Below, piece by piece: positions 47,585-58,695 of a DNA stretch of 64,000 nt (within the stretch, counting starts at the first letter, position 1; every line of letters begins with the position of its first letter). The position numbers were made by a program, and so were the translations under genes. The stretch is from IMG/VR virus record IMGVR_UViG_3300024503_000015, positions 1 to 64,000 of that record; one strand, given 5' to 3'. Below the pieces are notes generated by a model that made no database searches, was not told the DNA's origin, and saw only the letters and a list, made by a program, of their open reading frames with translations.

Positions 47585-48168
47585 TGTGGCCCATCCATCA
47601 CCAAAAACCACCAAACGAACCTTATATTTGGATTAAGAACGTTTTTACTGACGAAGAAATTGCACGTATTATTGCTATTGGTAAATCTAAGCCGTCTGTA
47701 GACGGTGGTGTCGAAAATAAAGATCAAGATGCACAATGGGCAAGACGTAGTAAAATCTCGTGGATAGGACCAGATGCTTCCACTGTTTTTATTTTTGAAC
47801 GCTTAACAGATGCTATTACAAAAGTAAACAAGGCATTTTACGACTACGAATTAACCCAGATAGAAGATTTACAATTTTCCGAATACGACGAGTCTTATCA
47901 GGGTATGTATAGAAATCACACAGACGACGGATATGATTCAAATCATTATAGAAAATTAAGTTTTACTCTACAATTATCAGACCCGAGCGATTATGAGGGC
48001 GGTGATTTAAATATCTATCGCTTTAAATTAGACGAACCAATGACAGTGAAAAAAGAAAAGGGTATGTTGGCAGCATTTCCTAGTTGGTCTATTCACGAAG
48101 TAACGCCGGTTACCAAAGGAACACGTTATACACTAGTAGGATGGGTACATGGGCCAAAGTTTCGTTAA
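47584..48168 (+). CDS. 2OG-Fe(II) oxygenase (prolyl-4-hydroxylase/PKHD-like)
   Basis: HTD, RKLS..QLS..YEGG, HEVTPVTKGTRYTLVGW. Confidence 0.9.
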   Translation: MWPIHHQKPPNEPYIWIKNVFTDEEIARIIAIGKSKPSVDGGVENKDQDAQWARRSKISWIGPDASTVFIFERLTDAITKVNKAFYDYELTQIEDLQFSEYDESYQGMYRNHTDDGYDSNHYRKLSFTLQLSDPSDYEGGDLNIYRFKLDEPMTVKKEKGMLAAFPSWSIHEVTPVTKGTRYTLVGWVHGPKFR

Positions 48169-48721
48169 CATTAAACCGGTGAATTTATGGCCTACCACTG
48201 TGTATGTTTCTGAAATACGCATTTTAGATATGCCTAGTATGATTTCTGAAATTTATAGACTACAATCCACGGAGTCTGCTGTTAAAAAATCAAACTATGG
48301 TGGCTGGCAAAGCGAAGTAAATTTATTTGACAATCCTGCGTTTGCTCAATTAACTGATGAAATAGCCAGTACTGTGTTTTGGTTGTTTAATAAAAATATC
48401 TCTATCAAACAAATGTGGGCCTGTGTTAACAAGCACAAAGATTTTAATGTAATTCACGCACATGGTAATGAATATCACCTAAGCGGCGTATTTTATTTGA
48501 AAGTTCCCGTTGACTCGGGTAATATATGCTTCAGAGATCCGAGGCCAGCGGCTATTAATTCCACTACAAATAGAATTTTTAATCAGGGTGATAGCGAAAA
48601 TTTTATTCCCTATGAAACGGAATTAATATTGTTTCCGTCATTTTTAGAACATTTTGTCATGCCCAACGAGTCACAAGAAGATCGCATTTCCGTAAGTTTT
48701 GATCTAGTCTTTGGAGAATAA
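48149..48721 (+). CDS. 2OG-Fe(II) oxygenase (TIGR02466-like)
   Basis: GGWQS, HAH, LSGVFY, DPRP, FPSFLEHFV..RISVSF. Confidence 0.88.
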   Translation: MGQSFVNIKPVNLWPTTVYVSEIRILDMPSMISEIYRLQSTESAVKKSNYGGWQSEVNLFDNPAFAQLTDEIASTVFWLFNKNISIKQMWACVNKHKDFNVIHAHGNEYHLSGVFYLKVPVDSGNICFRDPRPAAINSTTNRIFNQGDSENFIPYETELILFPSFLEHFVMPNESQEDRISVSFDLVFGE

Positions 48722-48723
48722 TC

Positions 48724-49377
48724 ATGTGGATGAATGACAAAATATTAATTATAGATAATTTTTACAAAGATCCTGACAAAATACGAAAGTTTGCTCTTAA
48801 TCAAGAATTTAAAAATTGTAAAGAAGCCAATGCAGGAGGCAACTGGCCTGGGCGAAGAACAAGTTTCTTACACAATCTTAATCAAGAATTGTCCGACGAA
48901 TTTCATAATGCGTTTCTTGGAAATTTATTAGAAAATAATCCTATAAAATACGGCGGATATATTGAAACAAATTTTCAACTGTGCTACGAATCCGATGGAG
49001 ATTCTTGGGTACACTACGACACGCCCACGTGGCATTGTACTCATGTTGGTGTTGTGTATTTGCATCCAAATCCTCCTGATAATTCAGGAACTTTGTTTTA
49101 CAAATTTAACGAAGAACACAGACAAGAGTTTGAAGAATATGCCGCACGTAATAATCATTTGTGGTTTAAATTAAATCGAGATCAGGACAGCAAAGAATTT
49201 CATAAATTTTTTAAACAGACAATGTCTATACCTAACGTATATAATCGTGCTATAATTTATGGACCAAATGCTTGGCACAAATCGGATAGGTATTTTGGTT
49301 CAACGCCTGAGACGGGTAGACTATTTCAACCATTTTTCTGTAACCTTAATTTTATATATGATGAACAAGAAACCTAA
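48724..49377 (+). CDS. 2OG-Fe(II) oxygenase-like (DUF6445-like)
   Basis: IIDNFYKDPD, WPGRR, HYD, YNRAI..WH. Confidence 0.75.
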   Translation: MWMNDKILIIDNFYKDPDKIRKFALNQEFKNCKEANAGGNWPGRRTSFLHNLNQELSDEFHNAFLGNLLENNPIKYGGYIETNFQLCYESDGDSWVHYDTPTWHCTHVGVVYLHPNPPDNSGTLFYKFNEEHRQEFEEYAARNNHLWFKLNRDQDSKEFHKFFKQTMSIPNVYNRAIIYGPNAWHKSDRYFGSTPETGRLFQPFFCNLNFIYDEQET

Positions 49378-50008
49378 ATTAGCCATATACGGGGATAGTT
49401 TTTCAGATCCGTCGTGGGTACAAAACGACTATTTGTCGTGGCCTGAGATGTTAGAACAGAAATACACTGTCAAAAATTATTCTCTTACAGGTTCTAGCAT
49501 GTGGTGGAGTTATGATAAATTTTTAGAAACTCACGCCAGTTACGATTTGGCAATATTTGTGGTAACAGTTCCGGGCAGAATTCATGTAGAATATAACAAT
49601 AAGCATTTGAATTTAAATCCTAGTACATGGCCAGTATGGGATGGCATTAACATTGGAGAAATGTATTTTAGGTACTTTTATTCCAGCAAACGAGAAACTG
49701 CGTTTCATAATTTTATGGTTAATGACATATTACAGTATCAGGATGTGTTAGTTGTCCCTGCATTTTTAGAAAGTTTGCCTAATTTAAATTCTTGGTCATT
49801 GTGCCACTATGCTGATTTAGAATTACAATTCTATGGTCTAGATCATCCAGGTAACAATGAAAACAGAAAATGTCATTTAACCAAAGAAAATAATCTTATG
49901 GTATACAACAAAATTATCAATGCTATTGATAATAAGGATCAAATTTTAAAATTAAATCCTGAAGATTTTGTGCAACCTGCGGATCCTATGGAATGTTATT
50001 GGAAATAA
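49358..50008 (+). CDS. SGNH/GDSL hydrolase-like protein
   Basis: IYGDSFS, SWP, terminal CHLTKENN; start moved to MMNKK. Confidence 0.65.
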   Translation: MMNKKPKLAIYGDSFSDPSWVQNDYLSWPEMLEQKYTVKNYSLTGSSMWWSYDKFLETHASYDLAIFVVTVPGRIHVEYNNKHLNLNPSTWPVWDGINIGEMYFRYFYSSKRETAFHNFMVNDILQYQDVLVVPAFLESLPNLNSWSLCHYADLELQFYGLDHPGNNENRKCHLTKENNLMVYNKIINAIDNKDQILKLNPEDFVQPADPMECYWK

Positions 50009-50009
50009 T

Positions 50010-50591
50010 ATGAAGGAAGATTACAAAGTTATCAAAGGATTTGCAGATGCAGATACTTGCAATCGTATGGTTGAAAAATTAGACGACTTTTATAAAAAAG
50101 GTTATAACTTGCCGCCGGATAATCAGTGTCCGTCTAGTCCTACTTTTTATGGAATTTTTAATGACGAATCAAAATTGTGGTTACCTAAAATAGAAGAACT
50201 AGTGGAAAAGAAGTTATTTCCAACATACACTTACTCAAGGATTTATACAAAAAATGAAGCGTTAAATCCACATATCGATAGGTTTGAGTGCGAATATAGT
50301 TTTACACTTACTTTAAAATACGATAAAAATATATGGCCCATTTATGTTCAGTCTGGCAATAGAGGGCATGAAATTTTATTAGACGTTGGAGATATCTTAA
50401 TTTATAAAGGTGTTAAAAATCTACACTGGCGGCATGCGTTAGAAAATGATTTTCACTATCAGGGGTTTTTCCATTATGTAGATAAGCAGGGTCCTTATTC
50501 TGATAGAAGATTTGACGGACGACATAGTTTTGCGTCCACACAAGAAGTAATAGACGAAGTAATTAGGAGAAGAAATGTATTACAACAGTGA
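50010..50591 (+). CDS. 2OG-Fe(II) oxygenase
   Basis: PTYTYSRIY, HIDR, HWR, FFHYV. Confidence 0.82.
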   Translation: MKEDYKVIKGFADADTCNRMVEKLDDFYKKGYNLPPDNQCPSSPTFYGIFNDESKLWLPKIEELVEKKLFPTYTYSRIYTKNEALNPHIDRFECEYSFTLTLKYDKNIWPIYVQSGNRGHEILLDVGDILIYKGVKNLHWRHALENDFHYQGFFHYVDKQGPYSDRRFDGRHSFASTQEVIDEVIRRRNVLQQ

Positions 50592-51174
50592 ATATCAATA
50601 CATGACATTTGATGTTCCGCATGTTGTTGAAAATATTGCAGACATTCAACGCATGACAGACATAGGTATTGATAAATTTAAAAGAAAATTTAATGCACGT
50701 AATTATGCTGTTGGCACAGACAACATTACCTGGCAGTTTGCTAACTATAATGTGTTTGGTCTTTGTTCTTGTAATCAATGGTTCTATGATATCTATACAA
50801 GTTTAATCGACGGAATTAGACAATATCACGAACTAGCGGGTATCGAAAAGCCAAAACAACTATGGTTGCAGGCTTGGATTAACAGTCATAAAAATGGACA
50901 GGTTCTTAAAACACATAATCATGATTGGCCTTTACACGGATTTATGGCTATAGATCCTAAGAAAAGTCATACTGTGTTTACAGATAAGCCTAACGGCAAA
51001 GAGTTGTACAGAGTTGAAAACAAAGTAGGACAGTTTTACATAGGCCCTGGTAGTAGATTTCATCATGTAGAAATTTTAGAACCGTACGAGGGTGAACGAA
51101 TTACATTTGGATTTGACTTAGAGCATCGAGATAGAATTTTTGATAACATGGGATTTATTCCAATTATTATATGA
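50575..51174 (+). CDS. 2OG-Fe(II)/cupin oxygenase-like protein
   Basis: AWIN..HNH..HHV..RITFGFD. Confidence 0.7.
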   Translation: MYYNSEYQYMTFDVPHVVENIADIQRMTDIGIDKFKRKFNARNYAVGTDNITWQFANYNVFGLCSCNQWFYDIYTSLIDGIRQYHELAGIEKPKQLWLQAWINSHKNGQVLKTHNHDWPLHGFMAIDPKKSHTVFTDKPNGKELYRVENKVGQFYIGPGSRFHHVEILEPYEGERITFGFDLEHRDRIFDNMGFIPIII

Positions 51175-51809
51175 GTTATTATCAAACATTTAATTCGTTT
51201 GGCTATATTATTGAAGACGTTCCTAAAGAAATTATGGACACTTTGTGGAAGGAAGTTAAAGAAATACAAAAAGACTTTGACCATGCTTCTGCTACTAACC
51301 ACACGTTGGCTGGTAATATTCAGAGAGAATATTCATTAAAAGACTCCATTTCGGTAGTAGAGCCATTTGCATTTAATGTAGCCGAAACTTATAACGAGCT
51401 GTTCAAATATAATTCTAATATCAGCGTGTTTAAACCAGGGCGATTAGATTTCGCTGTAGACACACTATGGGTTAATTTTCAGAAAAAATATGAATTCAAT
51501 CCAGCGCATACACATCTAGGTCTATATAGTTTTGTAATATACTTACAAATTCCATATGACCTCAATGAAGAGTTGGCTGCAAGTCCTGGGGTAAACTCTA
51601 ATAAAAATCTAGCATCAGCATTTGAATTTTTCTATGTAAATTCGTTTGGTAAAATAACTAAAAATCCTATATTCATGGATAAGACATGGGAAGGGAAAAT
51701 GTTGTTGTTTCCAGCAGAATGTATGCACGAAGTACACCCATTTTATACGTCCGACGATTACAGGATTTCCGTAGCAGGTAATATTGCTATCCAAGCCGGA
51801 TCTAAGTAA
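51171..51809 (+). CDS. 2OG-Fe(II) oxygenase
   Basis: WVNFQKKYEFNPAHTH, FPA..HEVHPF..RISVAGN. Confidence 0.85.
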   Translation: MSYYQTFNSFGYIIEDVPKEIMDTLWKEVKEIQKDFDHASATNHTLAGNIQREYSLKDSISVVEPFAFNVAETYNELFKYNSNISVFKPGRLDFAVDTLWVNFQKKYEFNPAHTHLGLYSFVIYLQIPYDLNEELAASPGVNSNKNLASAFEFFYVNSFGKITKNPIFMDKTWEGKMLLFPAECMHEVHPFYTSDDYRISVAGNIAIQAGSK

Positions 51810-51827
51810 ATCACAAAAATACCCCAC

Positions 51828-51833
51828 TAAATA
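51828..51833 (+). promoter_or_regulatory. late promoter box inside the oxygenase island
   Basis: CTAAATA then TAAGGAGA RBS before 51860. Confidence 0.5.
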
Positions 51834-51859
51834 TTGTCGAATTAAGGAGAATTACATAT

Positions 51860-52471
51860 ATGTCTAACAAATTACCAGAAATTTTTTATCTCGAAAACGT
51901 TGCAAAGCAAGATGTTTTTGCTAACATTATTGCAGATTTAAACGACGGAGTTTGGAAATACGGTGTTATAAAAATTAATGCCGCTGGCTTTGATATCGAA
52001 GATAACGCAAACTTTTGGTCTGTAGATATGGTTAAAAATCGTTGGACAGAAGTATTATTTCAGGATATTATTGACAAACTCGAAGCACTAGATCCTAGAG
52101 TCAAAGGTTATAACTTTAAAAGTCTTGACGTTGTTGCCGGCGGCAAAACATTTGGCCTAGACGGAAATATACACGTTGACAGAGAGTTTGAATTTAATTC
52201 AAACGGCGACGGTTATATGACAATGTGTTATTTTCCTAATAAAGAATGGAGCCCGGAATGGGGCGGTGAACTGCAATTTTTTGACAATCAAGGAAATATT
52301 ATAGCCAGTTATTATCCAATGCCTAATACTTGTATTGTATTTGACAGTAACATTCCTCACAGAGGCCTTGCTCCTAACAGAAATTGTACAGAATTAAGAA
52401 AATATATTTCTTTTAAGACGTTTGTTAATAAGTTTGATTTTAGTGGCGATATTGAAGCCGAAGTTAAATGA
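51860..52471 (+). CDS. 2OG-Fe(II) oxygenase (prolyl hydroxylase-like)
   Basis: HVD, WSPEWGGEL, FDSNIPHRG..R. Confidence 0.85.
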   Translation: MSNKLPEIFYLENVAKQDVFANIIADLNDGVWKYGVIKINAAGFDIEDNANFWSVDMVKNRWTEVLFQDIIDKLEALDPRVKGYNFKSLDVVAGGKTFGLDGNIHVDREFEFNSNGDGYMTMCYFPNKEWSPEWGGELQFFDNQGNIIASYYPMPNTCIVFDSNIPHRGLAPNRNCTELRKYISFKTFVNKFDFSGDIEAEVK

Positions 52472-53241
52472 TTCAAAATTTATTTGCGTTACCTATCTAC
52501 AAAACTAATATTTTTGACTCTGATATAGACTTTGGAGTCATAAGGTCTACGCTTGAACAACAATACAAGGAAATAAAATTTCATGTTGGGTTGGAAAAAA
52601 ATGGCGGTATAAGTACCTACGGCACTAATAGAAATTTGCATGAAGTACCAGAATTTAAAGCATTGTGCGATTTAATTTTGTATCATGCAAATTTATATTG
52701 GAAAGTCCTGGATATCAACGACGGTCTGCGCCCTGCAATAGACGAGTGCTGGTCTAATAAACACGTTAACGGTAGTTTTACTGACTGGCATTCTCATAGT
52801 ATGCACCCTATTGTTGTAAGTTTTTATCTAAGTGCTCCTGAACGTAGTGGAGGAATAGTGTTTACTAATCCTATGGAATACAGTATTACACACATTCCTT
52901 ACAATCGTCCTGTAGAAGAAAAAATTAATACCACAATTCATATTAAATCAGGCGATGTGTTAATGTTTCCTGGATGGTTGAGACATAAAACTGAAGTAAG
53001 TCACACTGATGATGAACGTATAGTAATCACATTTAATTTAAGATACAGCGGAGTATACTTAGATTCTCAACAACCATATCCGGTCGTTAAAGAAACTACA
53101 ATGCCTGATAATTTTTCAACTCCCGTAATAGTGGAATCGAATAACAGTACCATGGATTATTTGTTTAATAAGTTACATACTCAGGAAATTATTATAAATC
53201 AATTAAAAGCAATGCTCACTGGAGGCGCTGATGGAAGATAA
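52468..53241 (+). CDS. 2OG-Fe(II) oxygenase (TIGR02466-like) with C-terminal extension
   Basis: HSH, FPGWLRHKT..RIVITFN. Confidence 0.85.
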   Translation: MIQNLFALPIYKTNIFDSDIDFGVIRSTLEQQYKEIKFHVGLEKNGGISTYGTNRNLHEVPEFKALCDLILYHANLYWKVLDINDGLRPAIDECWSNKHVNGSFTDWHSHSMHPIVVSFYLSAPERSGGIVFTNPMEYSITHIPYNRPVEEKINTTIHIKSGDVLMFPGWLRHKTEVSHTDDERIVITFNLRYSGVYLDSQQPYPVVKETTMPDNFSTPVIVESNNSTMDYLFNKLHTQEIIINQLKAMLTGGADGR

Positions 53242-53497
53242 AAAAGTACCTCGTGTTATAAGAAACCTTGATACATCGCAACGTAGAGTTCACTTCAACG
53301 AAAAAATTTTACTAGTCCCAAGAGAAGTAGAACAAAAACGTTTAGAAATATGCAATAACTGTAAGTCGTATGAAAATTACGGCTGTACTATTACTGGATA
53401 TTTTATGCCCAAGACCGTAAGAAATAAATCACAAAGTTGTCCTTATGGTAAATGGACTAGTTGGTATAGTTTTAATGATAATTTTAAGGACGAATAA
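53231..53497 (+). CDS. small Cys-rich protein (DUF6171-like)
   Basis: RLEICNNC..GC..CPYGKW. Confidence 0.6.
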   Translation: MEDKKVPRVIRNLDTSQRRVHFNEKILLVPREVEQKRLEICNNCKSYENYGCTITGYFMPKTVRNKSQSCPYGKWTSWYSFNDNFKDE

Positions 53498-54258
53498 TGT
53501 CAGTTGTAAAAGTAGGATATACTCCATGGTTTGAAAAATCTCCAAATACTAGCGGACTGGGTCCGCTAAATTATTACGGCTGGAACGAAATTATTCATTT
53601 TGATTTAGAAAAGTTAGACACATGGAAAGATTCAAAAGTAGGATTTATGAAATGCCCTGCATTTGTAAAGTATAACGAACAAACATGGGTAATACGTTCT
53701 TTAATTGATGTAGAATTGCACTGGGACAAATATAATAAAGTTTTAAGCAGTAATCTTCCAAGTCTTGCACACGATGCTATGGTCAAAGTTCACTGGGGAG
53801 ATTTTAATCCTGAAGTTGATAAACCTATAGTTGCATTAAACAGCGCCATGCTGTTCTATGCAGACGAAGAAGTATGGGTAGACTTTTTACCTCCTTATAA
53901 TCATATCGATTTAAGATGGAGATTGATGCCTGGCAGTTTTAATATTTGTAATTGGCAACGTCCGCTGGTTCCTACTTTTGAAATGCTCAATGACAGAATT
54001 GAATTTAAGAGAGGACAGCCGTTAGCCTATGTAAGATTTAGAGCAAGAGACCCACAGGCAATGTTTCAATTAAACAAACAACCAAGAACAGAAGAACTCG
54101 ATCATATTGTAAATTCTTCTGTGTCTCTTAAATCATATCAAAACAATTTAAGTTGGAAAATTGTGTCGGGGGTCATTCCAAATAGATTACGTCCAAAGAA
54201 ATTAGTAAAATCAGAACCTTGGATTTGTAGATTCTTTAGAAGGATCTTAAAAAAATGA
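53497..54258 (+). CDS. hypothetical protein, possible dUTPase-like beta fold
   Basis: KCPA motif and FKRGQPLAYVRF; resembles 60260..60994. Confidence 0.55.
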   Translation: MSVVKVGYTPWFEKSPNTSGLGPLNYYGWNEIIHFDLEKLDTWKDSKVGFMKCPAFVKYNEQTWVIRSLIDVELHWDKYNKVLSSNLPSLAHDAMVKVHWGDFNPEVDKPIVALNSAMLFYADEEVWVDFLPPYNHIDLRWRLMPGSFNICNWQRPLVPTFEMLNDRIEFKRGQPLAYVRFRARDPQAMFQLNKQPRTEELDHIVNSSVSLKSYQNNLSWKIVSGVIPNRLRPKKLVKSEPWICRFFRRILKK

Positions 54259-55715
54259 TCAAGTCCGTTTGCATATTAGGTGGAGGTACTAGCGGACTAA
54301 TAACGGCACTAGTACTCAATAAGTGGTATCCTACCATGGATATTAAAATTATCGAGTCTCCCACTATAGGTATTGTCGGCGTCGGAGAAGGTAGTACAGA
54401 ACATTGGAAACAGTTTATTAATACTGTAGGGATTACTCTACAAGAATTAATGTTAGAAACTGGTGCTACTTTCAAAGCAGGTATTAGATTTGAAAATTGG
54501 AATGGTGACGGCACATTTTATATGCACGCTCTACATGCCGATTATACGCAACTAATGGGTAACGGGTTGCCAGGAGTAATGGTCAAATTAATTTCTGAAG
54601 ATCAGCCGCACTTATATCCAGATAATGTCATTAATTCCATACATTACTTTCCTATCGATGCCAGTGTAAATCAATATCATTTTGATACGTTTAAACTTAA
54701 TAAATTTTTACACAAGAAATGTATCGAACGCGGAGTAGTTGTTGTTGAAGATGATATAGACGACGTTGAAATTGACAGTCAAGGATACATTAGTTCTTTA
54801 ATTAACAAAGACGGTGTCAAATATACAGCAGATTTCTTTGTAGATTCTTCTGGGTTCAGAAGAGTCATTAGTTCTAAACTTGGCGCAAAGTGGAATGATT
54901 GTAAAGAATATTTACCCATGGACAGAGCGTTTGCTTTTCCTACACCCAGTGACGACGAGTTTCCAAGTTGGACCCTGAGTCGTGCATTATCCAGCGGATG
55001 GTCATGGAGAATACCAACGCAAGAACGCTATGGCAACGGTTACGTTTATTCCAGTGAATTTTTATCCGACGATCAAGCATTGTCTGAAATGCAACAGTAC
55101 TATAAAGATCCTATACAAGTAGGTAAAAGTTTTAAGTTTAGTGCAGGTTATGTTGATAAATTCTGGATTAAAAATTGTGTTGCAGTAGGTCTTGCTGGAA
55201 GTTTTGTTGAACCTCTCGAGGCTACTAGCATAGGAACTAGTATTCAACAGGCGTTTGCACTAGGATCAGCACTGGCATCTTGGACTAAAGGCAACGAAAA
55301 AATAGCGGACAAATATAATCAACAATTTGAAGCAGTTGCTAAAAACATTATTGACTTTGTACAGTTACATTACATCACTCAACGTAACGATACACCATTC
55401 TGGCGTAGTTGCAAAGATTTAAAGTTGACCGAGTTTAATAAAGATACACTGGAACACTTTAAAACAGTTGTGCCAAGTAGAGCATATTTTCCCAGTCACT
55501 GGGTGTTATTTACAGAACAGAACTGGTTACAAGTATTACACGGTTTAAAATTATTTGATATAGAAAAAATAAAACAAATATGGATGTCTCAGGATCCCTC
55601 TGTTATTACTGAAACAGATAAAATATACGACAATATATTATTATACCAACGCGATGCTCTTAAATTTAATCACAGAGGCGCAATTGAATTCTTAGCAAAA
55701 GAAGTGAAACGATGA
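54255..55715 (+). CDS. flavin-dependent (tryptophan) halogenase homologue 1
   Basis: GGGTSG, GVGEGS, ATFK (catalytic Lys), WSWRIP, FVEPLEATS. Confidence 0.92.
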   Translation: MIKSVCILGGGTSGLITALVLNKWYPTMDIKIIESPTIGIVGVGEGSTEHWKQFINTVGITLQELMLETGATFKAGIRFENWNGDGTFYMHALHADYTQLMGNGLPGVMVKLISEDQPHLYPDNVINSIHYFPIDASVNQYHFDTFKLNKFLHKKCIERGVVVVEDDIDDVEIDSQGYISSLINKDGVKYTADFFVDSSGFRRVISSKLGAKWNDCKEYLPMDRAFAFPTPSDDEFPSWTLSRALSSGWSWRIPTQERYGNGYVYSSEFLSDDQALSEMQQYYKDPIQVGKSFKFSAGYVDKFWIKNCVAVGLAGSFVEPLEATSIGTSIQQAFALGSALASWTKGNEKIADKYNQQFEAVAKNIIDFVQLHYITQRNDTPFWRSCKDLKLTEFNKDTLEHFKTVVPSRAYFPSHWVLFTEQNWLQVLHGLKLFDIEKIKQIWMSQDPSVITETDKIYDNILLYQRDALKFNHRGAIEFLAKEVKR

Positions 55716-57211
55716 AAACCATCGCAATATTAGGCGGAGGAAGTGCTGGCTGGTTAACTGCTTTGTTTGTTAAACAAGTGTGGCCTGCCTGCGATGTGAC
55801 AGTAATAGAAGACCCTAATACTCCACCTATTATTGCTGGAGAAAGTGGTTCCGCATCCCTTAATAAACTATTCAACTTTTTAGAAATTCCGTTTGATGAC
55901 TGGATAGTGTCTGTAAATGCCATGCCTAAACTCGGCGGCAAATTTGTAAATTGGAACGGAATAGGAACAGAGTTTGTTCATGGGCTTATACCAGACTGGT
56001 ATAGATTAGACTTTAATGCTAAGTTTCCAGAGTTTGGATTGGGTAATGATTTTTTAGCCTGTTCATTGGCGGAAGGCATACCTACTGAAAAAATATTCTA
56101 CAACGGATCGTTACAGCGTGTGAATAAATTGCCTATCAGTCCTAGTAGTGTAGGTAAATTTAATGTTATTACACTACCTATGTGGCACTTCGACAGCCGC
56201 GCCAATGCCGACTATATGAAACGTCGCGGCATAAGCAAGGGGATTAAACTAATCGAAGGCAAGTATATTAAATCTAATAAAGCACTCAACGGTGACATTG
56301 ATTCTATTACATTAGATACTAGGGATCAAATAAATGCAGATTGGTTTTTTGATTGCTCCGGATTCGCCAGACTACTTCTACAAAAAGAATTAAATGAACC
56401 TTTTAAGGATTTAAGCGAATATTTTCCTGCTAGGGCAGTTGTAGCATGGTGGAACGAGCCTGTACTTAAAAATTATACCGAAATGACAGCATTGAAAAAT
56501 GGATGGTCTTGGAATATTAATTTAAAACATAGGGCAGGTAATGGATACATTTACGACCCCGACAGAATTACTGCGGATCAGGCAATAGACGAAGCAGAAA
56601 AATATTTTAATATAAAGATAGATCCGGTGGCTAATTTAAAATTTACACCTGGGTTGTTTTTAAATTCTTGGAAAAATAATGTAATTGCCGTTGGAATTAG
56701 TTCGGGATTTTTAGAGCCGTTGGAGTCGAACGGACTAGCATCTGTTGCTGAACAATTAAAAATATTGTCAGAATTTTGGTCTCCCGACAGTAATACCGTG
56801 TATGAACAAAAATCATTTAATGACAAATATCAAAAAATAATGTTTGATATCAGCGATTTCCTTTCACTACATTATCGAGGACACAGAAATGATTCCGATT
56901 TTTGGCAGGATCATAACTCTAATCCACAGCGTATATCGGCGTCATTACAGCATAAATTAGATCTATGGAAATCTGGATCATTAGGTATCGACAATACAGA
57001 AGTATATGCTTTAGAAAATTATGCAGTTGTTATCCAAGGACTGGATTTAATCAATAAAGACAAACTTAGACAACGTCTATTATCCAAACGGTCAACTATA
57101 TTTGAAGACTTTCACCAATCATACCAAAAATTATCTAACGATGTTGACAACATAACATCAATCTGCTATACTTTAGAAGAATGGGTAAAATTGGTTTATG
57201 AAAACAATTAA
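55712..57211 (+). CDS. flavin-dependent halogenase homologue 2 (divergent)
   Basis: GGGSAG, AMPK, WSWNIN, FLEPLESNG. Confidence 0.88.
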   Translation: MKTIAILGGGSAGWLTALFVKQVWPACDVTVIEDPNTPPIIAGESGSASLNKLFNFLEIPFDDWIVSVNAMPKLGGKFVNWNGIGTEFVHGLIPDWYRLDFNAKFPEFGLGNDFLACSLAEGIPTEKIFYNGSLQRVNKLPISPSSVGKFNVITLPMWHFDSRANADYMKRRGISKGIKLIEGKYIKSNKALNGDIDSITLDTRDQINADWFFDCSGFARLLLQKELNEPFKDLSEYFPARAVVAWWNEPVLKNYTEMTALKNGWSWNINLKHRAGNGYIYDPDRITADQAIDEAEKYFNIKIDPVANLKFTPGLFLNSWKNNVIAVGISSGFLEPLESNGLASVAEQLKILSEFWSPDSNTVYEQKSFNDKYQKIMFDISDFLSLHYRGHRNDSDFWQDHNSNPQRISASLQHKLDLWKSGSLGIDNTEVYALENYAVVIQGLDLINKDKLRQRLLSKRSTIFEDFHQSYQKLSNDVDNITSICYTLEEWVKLVYENN

Positions 57212-58694
57212 AAGTATAATAGTATTAGGTGGCGGCACCAGCGGATTAATTACTGCCTTGATGTTAAAAAGGCAACATGAACATTTAGATATTAAAGTTA
57301 TCGAAAGTTCTTCCGTTGGAGTTATAGGTGTAGGGGAAGGCGCTACAGAACATTGGAGATACTTCTGCGAAACTATAGGTGTTAGGTTAGAAGATACGCT
57401 GGTTGCCTGCGATGCTACTCTTAAAACAGGAATAAAATTTAGTAATTGGGGTGTGCCTGATTACTGGCATGCTACCTGTGAACCTTATGCAAGACCCGCT
57501 GGAGATTATCTAGCAGTTTACGCTAAATTAATTGCAGAAGGTGCTGGTCCTTTAGACATTATTCAAAAACGTACAATCGATAGCACAGTACCCGAAGATT
57601 GGGTAAATCTTAATGTTCCTTGCCCTGTTAATCAATTTCATTTCAATACATTTTCCACCAACGACTACTTACATAAGTTGTGTAAAGAAAGAAACATTCC
57701 TACAATAGATGATAAAATTGTAGATGTAATCTTAGACGACAACGGATATGTTAAAGAACTAATTGGAGAAAATGCCGTACACTCGGCAGATTTCTTTGTT
57801 GACTGTTCTGGTTTTGCCAAAGTGATAATGAAAAAACTTGGAGCAAAGTGGGAAAGTTATAAAGATAATCTTTGGGTTAATAGTGCTATTGCATTTCCTA
57901 CAGAAGATACAGACGAATATCCAATTTACACCAGCGCAACCGGTATGGATTATGGTTGGATGTGGAATACTCCCGTACATGGTCGATGGGGCAACGGCTA
58001 TGTGTTCAGTGACAAGTACATAGATTTCGACCAGGCGCAGGCAGAAGTCGAAGCAAAGTTAGGTAGAAAAATAAACATAGCAAAGAAAATCAAGTTTGAT
58101 GCAGGTAAACTTGACCGCACTTGGATTAAAAACTGCGCTAGTATCGGCTTATGTTCTAGTTTTGTAGAGCCACTAGAAAGTAGTGCCATTAGTCAAACTA
58201 TTTTGCAGACTTTTTTAATTATGAATTTATTGCCTAGTTGGACCAACAGTCCAGACGAAGTGGCCGGAATATACAATAAACGAGTAGACGACATCTGCGA
58301 AAATATTTTAGATTTTATTGCAGTACATTACTACGTACCCAGAGAAGATACAGCATTCTGGAAGGATCTTAAAAATAACAGAGACACCTGGGTACCTAAA
58401 AGATTAAAAGATAATTTAGAAAAGTGGAGCAAACGACTGCCATTGGTATTAGAATTTGATCAAAAGTATGTACTGTTTACTGCTGATAATTGGATAGTTA
58501 CATTACACGGATTAAATCTCTTAAATCCAGAACGTGTCAAACATGAATATATGATGCTGACTCCGGAAATTAGACAGCATTGTGATAGGATTGTCGACGA
58601 ACAAAAACATTTAGAAAATACATTACCTCATATTCCACATAAAGTAGGTCTTGAAAAATTTATAGGTAATTATAATAAAGCCTTAGGAAAATAA
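57198..58694 (+). CDS. flavin-dependent halogenase homologue 3
   Basis: GGGTSG, GVGEGA, ATLK, WMWNTP, FVEPLESSA. Confidence 0.92.
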   Translation: MKTIKSIIVLGGGTSGLITALMLKRQHEHLDIKVIESSSVGVIGVGEGATEHWRYFCETIGVRLEDTLVACDATLKTGIKFSNWGVPDYWHATCEPYARPAGDYLAVYAKLIAEGAGPLDIIQKRTIDSTVPEDWVNLNVPCPVNQFHFNTFSTNDYLHKLCKERNIPTIDDKIVDVILDDNGYVKELIGENAVHSADFFVDCSGFAKVIMKKLGAKWESYKDNLWVNSAIAFPTEDTDEYPIYTSATGMDYGWMWNTPVHGRWGNGYVFSDKYIDFDQAQAEVEAKLGRKINIAKKIKFDAGKLDRTWIKNCASIGLCSSFVEPLESSAISQTILQTFLIMNLLPSWTNSPDEVAGIYNKRVDDICENILDFIAVHYYVPREDTAFWKDLKNNRDTWVPKRLKDNLEKWSKRLPLVLEFDQKYVLFTADNWIVTLHGLNLLNPERVKHEYMMLTPEIRQHCDRIVDEQKHLENTLPHIPHKVGLEKFIGNYNKALGK

Positions 58695-58695
58695 A